This document shows positions 26,876 through 36,289 of a stretch of 64,000 nt of DNA, one piece after another (position 1 is the first letter of the stretch; each line of letters opens with the position of its first letter). The stretch is from positions 17,325 to 81,324 of the forward strand of contig JANQLN010000067.1 in NCBI GenBank assembly GCA_028280575.1, in the 5' to 3' direction. The position numbers were made by a program, and so were the translations under genes. The DNA is from Clostridia bacterium (GTDB taxonomy: Bacteria; Bacillota; Clostridia; Acetivibrionales; STF1-152). The notes under the pieces are model-generated. The model did not search any database, had not been told where the DNA came from, and worked only from the letters and a program-made list of their open reading frames with translations.

Positions 26876-29800
26876 CTAGTATCCGGAATTGTCTATAAGG
26901 TCCACTTTTCCGCCTTTAACCTCAACATTGACATTAAATCTGCCCAAACAGCCTTCTATTTTACCGCTGCTGCCTGCTTCATAAGTAAAATCCTTTGCAG
27001 AACGCGGATATGTATCACGCACAAAAGTACAGCCGTATGCATTAAGGGCTCCCCCGTCATTTATCCTTCCATCTTTCGCATGCCATGCGGTATACTGGAC
27101 AAGGTTTACGGTGCCGCCTTTGATTTCGCAGGTCCTCATTCCCGGGCCCCATGCATTGCAGTTAAACAAGTTGACTACCCCGTCAAATGACTCCGTAGTG
27201 TATACATTGGCAGCAACCGGTCCTTCCAGCGAAACATCCATCAATTGGATTATATCCAATTTTTTAACTTCATCTACATGTATTCCGAACTCATTTACAT
27301 CAAGTCCCCAGCCATATATTACTCCGTCAAAGCCGCCTTTTTTGTCGTCAACAAATTTAATTCCATACTTTATCAATATCTGGAAATTATGAAGGGTATT
27401 ATAATTTTTACAAGACCCAAATAAAAATCCTGTAGTTGCATCCAGGCAGTACTGATGCAATTCCTCTGTTCCAGGACGGGGATACTTTGAAAACGTCCAG
27501 TTTGAAGGATTAAAATGAACATTCTGCATCCAGCCGCCGTCAATCCCATTACCTGCCTGGACTCCTATATCAAGGGCAAGCCCGTGAATTCCGTCCAAAA
27601 TATGCATGCTGCAGTCGTTGCTCATCATATCAATACCCCTGTACGTATTTACAAAACAAACATCTGTAATCCAGCTTTCTATATTACCCCGTATGGACCA
27701 GGGATATTCAGCAAATTTACCTTCTTTGAGTTCCTGTTCCGGATAATAAAAAGCAATTCCTGAAATTCCGGCTCTCGTTTCAAGTGAAATCAAAGGTTCA
27801 CCGTCAGCCTTGCCTTTTCCTCCATAGGCCATAATTATTGTCCCGTTCATTGCACTGCCATGATGCTGGGCAGCAAACGAACCTCTTAGCTCAACCCCCT
27901 CCGGTACCACCAGGGACGTGTCAATACGGTACTTGCCCGCAGGAAGGTATACAACTCCCCCTCCTTCAGCAGAAGCATTATTGAGTGCTTTTTGTATTGC
28001 AATTGTATCGTCGTGCTCAACATCCGCATATGCATTAAACGGCTCAAGCATAACATTATAGAAATTATCCGTATTGCCGGGCATAGGCTCAGGGGCAAAT
28101 ATATGATTGTATTGAGGCATTTCAGGTATGTCAACAGCCTTTTCACCGTAAATCAGCTTTACGCCTGAAGGAACTTTGATTTCTTCTTGCAGCATATTTT
28201 TATTTCCGCGTATGATAGCAGAGTTTACTTTGTCGGACAAATATACCTGGTTTTTCATTTTTGAAAATTCACAATCCTGTATCATTAGAGAACCCCTGTT
28301 GACCGCTATTGCATAATTACCACTGTCGGCTTTCCATGACTTAAAGCTTGAATCATATAAATTGAGAACAGGGCGTGCACCTCTCCTGGCATTTAATTCT
28401 ATACAAATGTCCGGATCGCCCCCAAACTCGGTTTTACTTATCTGGATAATCACATTGACCTTGCTCGGGTCGGAATCAAACCCATTAAATACCAGGCACT
28501 TCGGATTCTCCCCTACCGACGCATATATGCTGCTATATGCAATCTGGAGTCCCGGATATGATATCCTATTGATTTTTATGCCCTTATTCACATTTCTTGT
28601 CTTGAGATAGGCTATTGCAGAATTACTGTCATTAAATTCAATACCTGTATGCACATCTTCGGCATAAATATTATAAAAATATCCCCAATCAAGCCTGTGC
28701 ATGTTCATGGCAACAGCATTACTTCTCATATAATTTACAAATTGTTCCTTATCACTGCTGCTTTTTGGCGCACCTTCCAATCCCGATTCCATCCAATACT
28801 TCGGACTGAAATAAATATTTTCAAATCTTGGGACATCGGCAGTATTATTCTGCCACATTCCGGTACTTAAGGGAGTCGCATATATATTCCTATACAGATT
28901 GCAACCGTTAAAAATCTTGCCCTGGCCCAGTTTTAATCCATTATATGAATTATAAAGCGTTACATTCATTACAGTAAGATAGCCCTGTCTCTCACTGCCC
29001 TGTATTGTATACGGATAGGGTACTATATTATCAAAGCTTTGTTCCGGATACCAGATACTTATATTTTTAACAGCACAATTTAAGGCTGCGCTGATAAAAG
29101 GCGTGCCGCTATCTTTTCCTCTTCCCGCATATGCCATTAAAATAGTCCCTTTACCCAAACCGCCTTCGTCAGGGCTTAACCAGTCTCCTTCAATGGATAC
29201 GCTTACGGGAAGCTTTAAGTTCCCTTCTATCCTGTACTTTCCTTCAGGCACATAAAGAACTCCGCCGCCCTTTTCACTTATTTCATTCAAAGCCGTTTGA
29301 AACTCTTCCGTTAAATCTGCATCCGTGTCCGGTACCACACCATAGTCCAATATACTTGCATCATAGACTATAAAATTCCCGTTAGACGCTTTTGCTCCTG
29401 CCAAACTTTTCTTCATGTCTATTTTCACCTCACCCAATCCAATTACACCTTCCTTACGAAGAACAGATGTAAATTTTAATTCATGAATACCCGGACCCAC
29501 TTTTATGTTCTGGGCAGATATCATATTGTATTTATCCATTTTACCTGTTTTATTAAGTGTATAATTCTTAATCTTTTTGTCATTTATTTCAAGTTTGAGC
29601 CTGGCTTTATAATCCAGGGATGAAACATTGAAAGATATGTCAATGTCTTTGTATCCGTCGGAAAACAAATAATATGAGACATATTGATTATCCTTTTCAA
29701 GTACTGTTATTTCTTTATTGTCAATATTTTCTACTCTGGTTTTATGGGAATCTCCCGGAATGGCTTTTGCAGCATCCAAAACACATGGAATGGAAAATAA

Positions 29801-30196
29801 TGCATCCGGTTTATCAAATTCTTTATTGAATTCAATATTAACCGACTCAACTTCAAAATCGGTTTTATCGTAAGCAGCATCCGATCTTATGTTGATTTTA
29901 TTTTTCCCCTTTTTAAAATAGACCTTTATATCCTGTGTAGCTGTAAGAGTATTTTTGCCGGACGAAAAATAGTAGCTGCCGGTGATTGGCTCGTCATTTA
30001 TATATATTTTTCCAAATCCTACACCGGTATAGCTAAAATTAATGTTGTACAAACCGTTTTGCTTTGCAGAATATTTATGTGAGTACACTTCATGGGTATC
30101 CCCGTCTTTATCCTCTGTGCTGCCGCACCCTGCTGCCAGGGGCAATAATAGTATAACAGCAAACAAAAAAATACTTCTGAATAATATTTTATACAT
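26876..30196 (-). CDS. Lipoprotein with CBM-like N-terminus and two tandem right-handed beta-helix (Pectate_lyase_3-type) domains; GH55-like
   Basis: Lipobox LAAGC. There are two copies of the beta-helix N-terminal signature (GGGVLYVPEGKYRIEGNL and GGGVVYLPAGKYRIDTSL). Tandem arrangement is the GH55 architecture. Confidence 0.65.
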   Translation of the reverse strand: MYKILFRSIFLFAVILLLPLAAGCGSTEDKDGDTHEVYSHKYSAKQNGLYNINFSYTGVGFGKIYINDEPITGSYYFSSGKNTLTATQDIKVYFKKGKNKINIRSDAAYDKTDFEVESVNIEFNKEFDKPDALFSIPCVLDAAKAIPGDSHKTRVENIDNKEITVLEKDNQYVSYYLFSDGYKDIDISFNVSSLDYKARLKLEINDKKIKNYTLNKTGKMDKYNMISAQNIKVGPGIHELKFTSVLRKEGVIGLGEVKIDMKKSLAGAKASNGNFIVYDASILDYGVVPDTDADLTEEFQTALNEISEKGGGVLYVPEGKYRIEGNLKLPVSVSIEGDWLSPDEGGLGKGTILMAYAGRGKDSGTPFISAALNCAVKNISIWYPEQSFDNIVPYPYTIQGSERQGYLTVMNVTLYNSYNGLKLGQGKIFNGCNLYRNIYATPLSTGMWQNNTADVPRFENIYFSPKYWMESGLEGAPKSSSDKEQFVNYMRSNAVAMNMHRLDWGYFYNIYAEDVHTGIEFNDSNSAIAYLKTRNVNKGIKINRISYPGLQIAYSSIYASVGENPKCLVFNGFDSDPSKVNVIIQISKTEFGGDPDICIELNARRGARPVLNLYDSSFKSWKADSGNYAIAVNRGSLMIQDCEFSKMKNQVYLSDKVNSAIIRGNKNMLQEEIKVPSGVKLIYGEKAVDIPEMPQYNHIFAPEPMPGNTDNFYNVMLEPFNAYADVEHDDTIAIQKALNNASAEGGGVVYLPAGKYRIDTSLVVPEGVELRGSFAAQHHGSAMNGTIIMAYGGKGKADGEPLISLETRAGISGIAFYYPEQELKEGKFAEYPWSIRGNIESWITDVCFVNTYRGIDMMSNDCSMHILDGIHGLALDIGVQAGNGIDGGWMQNVHFNPSNWTFSKYPRPGTEELHQYCLDATTGFLFGSCKNYNTLHNFQILIKYGIKFVDDKKGGFDGVIYGWGLDVNEFGIHVDEVKKLDIIQLMDVSLEGPVAANVYTTESFDGVVNLFNCNAWGPGMRTCEIKGGTVNLVQYTAWHAKDGRINDGGALNAYGCTFVRDTYPRSAKDFTYEAGSSGKIEGCLGRFNVNVEVKGGKVDLIDNSGY

Positions 30197-30222
30197 TTAG
30201 TTCTCCTCCAACTTGTATAAAT

Positions 30223-33200
30223 TTAAATATCCTTATGGGTAAATATTCGCAAGTCCGATATTATAAGCGGTTTAAGTGCAACACTGGTCAATTGAACTTT
30301 TACATATTTTGCTTTTTCATTATGCAGGCTTATAACAACTTTCCCATCAACTATTGTTAGGTCTTTTTCATTCTTTACCCTATATGCTTCCGACCATTCA
30401 CAACCGTCAATACTTATGAGAATAACAAAGCTCCTTGGTAAAAAAACACTTGTCTGATTCCCGCTTTTTTTAGAGTTGAACTGGAGCTTGGAAATTTTAT
30501 GTATTTTATTAAGATCTGCCTGCCAATACATGCCATCCTTTTGATCCGTATTTGACTGCCAAAAATAGCCCTTCCCCCTTATTGCATTAGCTGCCTCATT
30601 AGAATTATAATTTGACTTGATTATCCAATCATCTTTTTTAATCTCGGTTATTCCCTCTTGTTCAAGAAAAAACTTTAAATCAAGCTCTTCAATATCCTTG
30701 CGTTTAAATTCAATTACAGGAGGTTTTTCACCTGTATCTTTACGTTCTTCACGAATTATGAATTTATTCAATCCGGCTGTCAGTTTAAGCGCTTTTATTG
30801 AAATTTCATTACCTGAACCTACACATTCGTGATTAAGATACACCTGTTTCATACCTGTTGAAATGACATTCATGCTTATAATATCAGGATTTAAAAGAAA
30901 ATCTGTGCGCTGGGACTCGGAATGTACGAAAAATCCATAATAGTTAACCCCTCCGGGAACTTTATTATTTTTGTCAAGGTTAACAATTTTCCATGAAGCT
31001 TTTCCCTCTGTTTTATTAATTCCCGGAGTTAACCCGGTTATTTTTAAATCATCAGGTGAATTAAGCAGTAAAGCTTTAATAAGAGCTTCCTCATATATAT
31101 CCTGTTTTAGTATCTTATCAAACTCATCTGTCTCTTTATACTTAATTTCCACCCCCATATTGTTTAAAATTGTGCCTGCAATTTTTTTCAGCTTGTTGTT
31201 GTTTTTCAAACAATTAATCTGGCATATGAAAACCTCAACTCCGTTAATGCTGGTTTCAGCCAATCCGTAAACATCCTGCTTTTGTTCTTTTTCACTTCTG
31301 AGTATTGATATGGTCTTCCTGAATTCCGGTTGATAGTTCCACATAAACCAGTTGATGCTTGAGTTTTTCAAAATACCTTTGATTTTTTGAGAATCCTTTA
31401 TATAAACAGGCTTTTCAGATATTACAGCTTTATTTCCGGTCTCAAGTCCATAAAGATTTCCTGCGGACAGGCATTTAATACAATAGTGTTTATCATCAGA
31501 TTTTACAAGCTGGTTCAAGGGTTTTTCAACAATTTTAATAAACCCTTTAAGGCTTTTTGGCATATTCTCTTTTTCCAAGCCCCATAACAAAACCTTATCA
31601 ATATTTTCAGGCATCATTTCATCCAAATAGCCCGTATCATATTTCCCGTCGCAAATGATGACTTTTTGATTTTCAATGGATTTAACAGCACTCCTGTCAT
31701 ATGGGTCAATAAGCTTTAAGGGCACATTCAGCTCCTCAAGGAAGCGTACCAGCCGTGAATTCTTCTTGGAAATTACTGTACAGCCCGACAGTTCAACACC
31801 TTTACCTGCAGCTGCATACCCAATTATGTTTGTAAGCAGTACAAGTGCTGCCGGCTCGTCAATTACTTTGGACAGCATGTCAATACAGCTTATAATTTTA
31901 TTGTCAATATTATCTATTAATTCAAGTACCAGGGGAAGTCCCTTGCCTGTTGACAAAAGCACATCTGCATTCAAATTTATATCCTCACTAAAAATATGGT
32001 CGGATATATTTTTGCCATTCCATTTATAAAGGTCGTCTTCTTCAATATCCCGTTTTAATACTTCATTATCGATATTTATAAAAGCTTTTTCTGCAAAGGC
32101 CTGCGTAACCCATGAACCACAGCCGTTTCCAGCCGGACTAAGGTCTATTGCGGATGCTGAAGACGACTTTATCCTATTCCTTACGTCTTCGGGCACCTTG
32201 CCTGCCGTTACCAGTAAATCGAAATTATCCAATTTGCTGTTGTCCGGCAGAAATCTAATATTATCTGAATTTAAAAATTGCTTGATTTTTTCGTCAATGC
32301 TTCCAATAAAACCTATTTTACCGGCAGCACCTATCTTTTTAACAAAGTATGAAGGATTGTATATTTTTAATAATTTTCTATCTGCAAATACCGTACCCCT
32401 GCTGTCCGAAAGCACAACCTTTAAATTGAAATGCTCTAATTTTTCAACCTCAGGAAGTTCAAAATCCAACTCAAGCATCTTAAATTCAGAAGGTAGGATA
32501 CTTATGGATTCAGTCCCGCTGCAAAATATTTTTTCTTCCCTTTCCACCGCCCAGGAAACTTCATAATCCTTTTTACTTAAAGAATCATTGTGTACACAAA
32601 TACACTTATTTACCCTTTCACCGTTGTAAAACCTTACTTTTTCGTCCTCAAAGAAAAACCTTTCAGGTAAAAATGCACCTTTAACCCATTTAAAAACAGG
32701 ATTGGCAACGTATTCAGGCAGATTATCGTCATAACCGGCATTTAAGGTTGATATGTACGGACCTGTTTTTGTTGGTTTTATGCCCGGAGCTGAATAATCG
32801 CCATACTGCCTTATGCTTTCTTTGAACGGCAATGGATACAATCCGTACCATACAAGGTTGAAGACACAAACCTGGGCCGCCCATTTCCTTTGATGCTTCA
32901 AGCTCTCAAAAGTGTATCTTGCAACTGCTTCCAGTCTGTTGTCAAATTCAAGGTATGTCTTTTCACCTAAGTAACCGCACACATTATCAGGAGTGGAATA
33001 ATACATGGTTCCCATTTCACCTATTACTACAGGTTTTTTACCGGAAACTGGACAGGACTTACCAGGATAATGCAGTGATGCAACCTCCATCCTGCCTCCA
33101 TAATCTTTGCTACCATCCCCGATTACGGGCCGGACAGGGTCCAGTTTTTTTGCAAACTCAGCCAGTCTATACAATTTTTTATTTATATCCTCTTCATCCT

Positions 33201-34497
33201 TTATAGCTTCATCTGCAGAAACCTTATACGCAGCCACACATTCGTTCTCAACACTCCACATGATTACGCTTGGATGATTCCGGTCCCTTTTAATTAACCT
33301 TTCAACATGTTTTTCCGACCTTTTAAAGAATTCTTCTGAATAATGGTAATTACAATGGGATGCCCAAACGGAAGATTCATCTATAATCAACATTCCTTCC
33401 TCATCTGCAATGTCAATGAAAAACTCAGGATATACCTGTGCGTGGAGACGAATGCAATTAACATTTGCTTCCCTGGCCATTTTGTACCATAGCTTTGCAT
33501 GCATTTCGTTCTGGTATGCAAAACCCATATAATGCCACGAATCATTCCTGAGGTTATATGGAATTTCGTTTAAATAAAACTTGTTTTCCTTTATTTTAAA
33601 ACTCCTGAAGCCAAATCTGACAGTTTTCTCGTCAGCAATGCTGCCATTTATATAAAGCCTGGCCTTCAGCATATATAACCTGGGTGAATGAGGCCACCAG
33701 AGTTTAATATCATTTTTACATGAGGAATAATCCAATTCATGCTTAAGCTTTTCACCAGCAGCCCCTTCAAAATTACCATCCAAAGAAATATAATCATTTT
33801 TACCGTACTCAGATAAAAAATAACAGATTTTTTCTTTTTCTTCCTGAGCGCTTTCAAGTTCAGTCTCAACGGATATGGTGCAGCTGTCAATGTCCGTATA
33901 AACGTACATATCCTTTATGTAATTCTCAGGATAGGTTTTCAAAAAAACATCCTGCCATATACCACCTATATGCTCACCCCAGAAAGAGCCGGTAGGATAC
34001 TCAATCTTTTTTCTTCCTTCGCTGTTTTTCCATCCGTACAGCGAAAGCTTCTCAACACCTACTACCAGGGTATTGCTTTCTCCATACCGCACATGTTCGG
34101 AAACCGGAAATTCTACAGGCAGGAAGCCGTCCATGTCTTTATTGACCAAAACACCATTTATATAGAATTCACTGTAGAAATGTACTGCATTAAAACATAA
34201 ATTAACTCTTAACCCCTTCCAATTTTCAGGTATAAACACCTCTGTCTTATACCACCCGCTGTCGGCGTTATCCCATTCGGAAGGGTACTGGGGATAAAAA
34301 TTATATTCTCCTCCCCTTGCAAATAATGTCTCATTGCCATTTTTAACTTCTTCCGGTCCCGCAAACGAATTAATATTCCATGGACAAGGTACTACAATTT
34401 TAGTTTTCTCCCATTTTGTGGGTATTTTTCCCAGTTTTCCGGATGCAGGGCTAAAATCCCACAAACCATTAATACAGGTAGTATTTCTAGAAGCCAT
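30223..34497 (-). CDS. Large cytoplasmic GH2-family glycosidase with a long C-terminal extension ending in a discoidin (F5/8 type C)-like module
   Basis: GH2 acid/base block RNHPSVIMWSVENE and candidate nucleophile block VVIGEMG. No signal peptide. I chose the ATG at 34497, preceded by GGGGGGAAAA. Confidence 0.8.
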   Translation of the reverse strand: MASRNTTCINGLWDFSPASGKLGKIPTKWEKTKIVVPCPWNINSFAGPEEVKNGNETLFARGGEYNFYPQYPSEWDNADSGWYKTEVFIPENWKGLRVNLCFNAVHFYSEFYINGVLVNKDMDGFLPVEFPVSEHVRYGESNTLVVGVEKLSLYGWKNSEGRKKIEYPTGSFWGEHIGGIWQDVFLKTYPENYIKDMYVYTDIDSCTISVETELESAQEEKEKICYFLSEYGKNDYISLDGNFEGAAGEKLKHELDYSSCKNDIKLWWPHSPRLYMLKARLYINGSIADEKTVRFGFRSFKIKENKFYLNEIPYNLRNDSWHYMGFAYQNEMHAKLWYKMAREANVNCIRLHAQVYPEFFIDIADEEGMLIIDESSVWASHCNYHYSEEFFKRSEKHVERLIKRDRNHPSVIMWSVENECVAAYKVSADEAIKDEEDINKKLYRLAEFAKKLDPVRPVIGDGSKDYGGRMEVASLHYPGKSCPVSGKKPVVIGEMGTMYYSTPDNVCGYLGEKTYLEFDNRLEAVARYTFESLKHQRKWAAQVCVFNLVWYGLYPLPFKESIRQYGDYSAPGIKPTKTGPYISTLNAGYDDNLPEYVANPVFKWVKGAFLPERFFFEDEKVRFYNGERVNKCICVHNDSLSKKDYEVSWAVEREEKIFCSGTESISILPSEFKMLELDFELPEVEKLEHFNLKVVLSDSRGTVFADRKLLKIYNPSYFVKKIGAAGKIGFIGSIDEKIKQFLNSDNIRFLPDNSKLDNFDLLVTAGKVPEDVRNRIKSSSASAIDLSPAGNGCGSWVTQAFAEKAFINIDNEVLKRDIEEDDLYKWNGKNISDHIFSEDINLNADVLLSTGKGLPLVLELIDNIDNKIISCIDMLSKVIDEPAALVLLTNIIGYAAAGKGVELSGCTVISKKNSRLVRFLEELNVPLKLIDPYDRSAVKSIENQKVIICDGKYDTGYLDEMMPENIDKVLLWGLEKENMPKSLKGFIKIVEKPLNQLVKSDDKHYCIKCLSAGNLYGLETGNKAVISEKPVYIKDSQKIKGILKNSSINWFMWNYQPEFRKTISILRSEKEQKQDVYGLAETSINGVEVFICQINCLKNNNKLKKIAGTILNNMGVEIKYKETDEFDKILKQDIYEEALIKALLLNSPDDLKITGLTPGINKTEGKASWKIVNLDKNNKVPGGVNYYGFFVHSESQRTDFLLNPDIISMNVISTGMKQVYLNHECVGSGNEISIKALKLTAGLNKFIIREERKDTGEKPPVIEFKRKDIEELDLKFFLEQEGITEIKKDDWIIKSNYNSNEAANAIRGKGYFWQSNTDQKDGMYWQADLNKIHKISKLQFNSKKSGNQTSVFLPRSFVILISIDGCEWSEAYRVKNEKDLTIVDGKVVISLHNEKAKYVKVQLTSVALKPLIISDLRIFTHKDI

Positions 34498-34608
34498 TAT
34501 TTTCCCCCCGGCCAAATCAAAGATGTACATGCATTTTTAAATATCATTTATTTTATCATTTTATTTGCTCTCAAAAAATATATATAAATTGTATTAATTG
34601 ATATATAT

Positions 34609-34636
34609 ATTATATCGTTTATACTAAGTTTGTCAA
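34609..34636 (-). promoter_or_regulatory. Sigma-A-type promoter for the GH2 gene
   Basis: On the minus strand: TTGACA (34636-34631), a 16-nt spacer, then TATAAT (34614-34609). It lies about 110 nt upstream of the start. Confidence 0.55.
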
Positions 34637-34692
34637 TATAAAATGCAAAATATTTTCAGGAGGTATTGGGATAAAATTTTGATAACATCAAT

Positions 34693-35817
34693 TTATAAAT
34701 CTAATCCGAAAATGTTATTTCCAGTTGAAGAACGTATTTCTAATTTTGGCTTTATTATAATCTCTTCTGAATCCCTTTCAGGGTCTTCAATAACTCTATT
34801 TAAAAGGCGTATAGCCTCCTTGCCTAAATTTTCGGCTTGCTGGACAACACATGTAGGCGGTGTTTCAAGCAAATCTGCATCTCTAAAATCATCAAAAAAA
34901 ACCAGCGAAATATCACCAGGCGACGATAGCCCTAAAATTTTCATTCCTTTAACAAGCTTCCTTCCCATTTCATTATTAATAACAAGCAGCGCAGTTATAT
35001 CTTTATTACTCTTTAAATACTTTGTAATTTGCTCAATTTCAGTTTTTAAATCATGGGTTATAGCTTCTTCAAGGCGGTATCTGTGCTCAACGAGCATTCC
35101 ACTGTCAGCCAGCGCCTTTTCATAGCCTTTTATCCTGTCTTCTATACTGCTTGAACAGCTTGACAGTGATACAAATCCGATTTTTCCATGCCCAAGTTCT
35201 ATTAAATGCCGTGTAGCTTCATAAGCCCCTTTGAAATTATCTGTGTGTACAACATTGGTATTAACCCCTTTTAAGTATTTGTCTATAACTACCAAAGGAA
35301 ACCGGTTCAAGGTAAGCTTTAATATTTCCGGACAATATACCCTGTTTTCCACAGGATATACTATTATACCTTTTATCCCGGATGACAAAATCTTTTTAAT
35401 AATTTCTTCTTCCTTTTTTGCTGATTCGTCGGATTTATAAACAATAACATTATATCCCTGGCTTTCGGCCTCACTCAATAACCCTTCCAGTATATTTAAG
35501 ATAAAATTGCCTTTTAACTGGGGCAATATACATGCAATGTTTTTTATCTCCTCATTTCCAGCTATTTTATCATTTTTACAGGCATAATCACTCAAAGCAT
35601 TGGTGACAAACGTCCCCTTCCCCTGCATTCTATATACCTTTCCCTCTTCAGCCAGAAGATCCAAAGCTGTTTTAACAGTTATCCTGCTGACATCAAACTT
35701 TTCCGTAAGGTCATTTTCCGAGGGAATTCTATCATCAGGTTTCAACTGGCCAAATTCAATCATGTTCTCTACATACTTTTTTATCTGGACATATAGCTGC
35801 TCCTTATGATTAAGCAT
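34693..35817 (-). CDS. Transcriptional regulator with an N-terminal GntR-type HTH and a C-terminal LacI/PBP-type sugar-binding domain (AraR architecture)
   Basis: The GntR wHTH block is IPSENDLTEKFDVSRITVKTALDLLAEEGKVYRMQGKGTFV. A Peripla_BP-like body follows. Confidence 0.8.
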   Translation of the reverse strand: MLNHKEQLYVQIKKYVENMIEFGQLKPDDRIPSENDLTEKFDVSRITVKTALDLLAEEGKVYRMQGKGTFVTNALSDYACKNDKIAGNEEIKNIACILPQLKGNFILNILEGLLSEAESQGYNVIVYKSDESAKKEEEIIKKILSSGIKGIIVYPVENRVYCPEILKLTLNRFPLVVIDKYLKGVNTNVVHTDNFKGAYEATRHLIELGHGKIGFVSLSSCSSSIEDRIKGYEKALADSGMLVEHRYRLEEAITHDLKTEIEQITKYLKSNKDITALLVINNEMGRKLVKGMKILGLSSPGDISLVFFDDFRDADLLETPPTCVVQQAENLGKEAIRLLNRVIEDPERDSEEIIIKPKLEIRSSTGNNIFGLDL

Positions 35818-36289
35818 TTATTCCATCTCCTCCTATCCGATTTTACAGCAAATATATTAACTTTTCCGTTACTTCACAAAAAACAGCACAACCGGCGCCA
35901 TAATCATACACTGCTTAAAAATGTATGTATGCCGTTTGTACATGATATGATGAAAATAGTTTTGCAGGCACTCCATTATTCAGGTTTGATAACCAGAAGA
36001 AGGATTGTCTTCCCGGAACCATTGATGGCATTCGCTTCCTTATAAACCATCATTTTTGCATTACAAACCAGCCTTGATATTCAGCACCGGTTTGCCAGCC
36101 ATATTGCTGTTTACTATTTCAAGCGCTGAACATATAGTATGGGTTTTTTGCTTGTCTGTTATAAGCATTCTAAATATATCATCAGTATTAATTTAAGCAA
36201 AACGTAAAATCTTATTGGTATATATAATATGCTAATTATATCATGTTGTCAAATGCAAAAGTATTTTTTTGATTTCTCCATATTGATTT

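Noticed and set aside
35806-36045. A 79-aa plus-strand ORF in the spacer between the two paralogous regulators.
   Set aside because: It has no RBS. It starts inside the end of the regulator gene on the opposite strand. The product is His/Leu-rich with no recognisable features.
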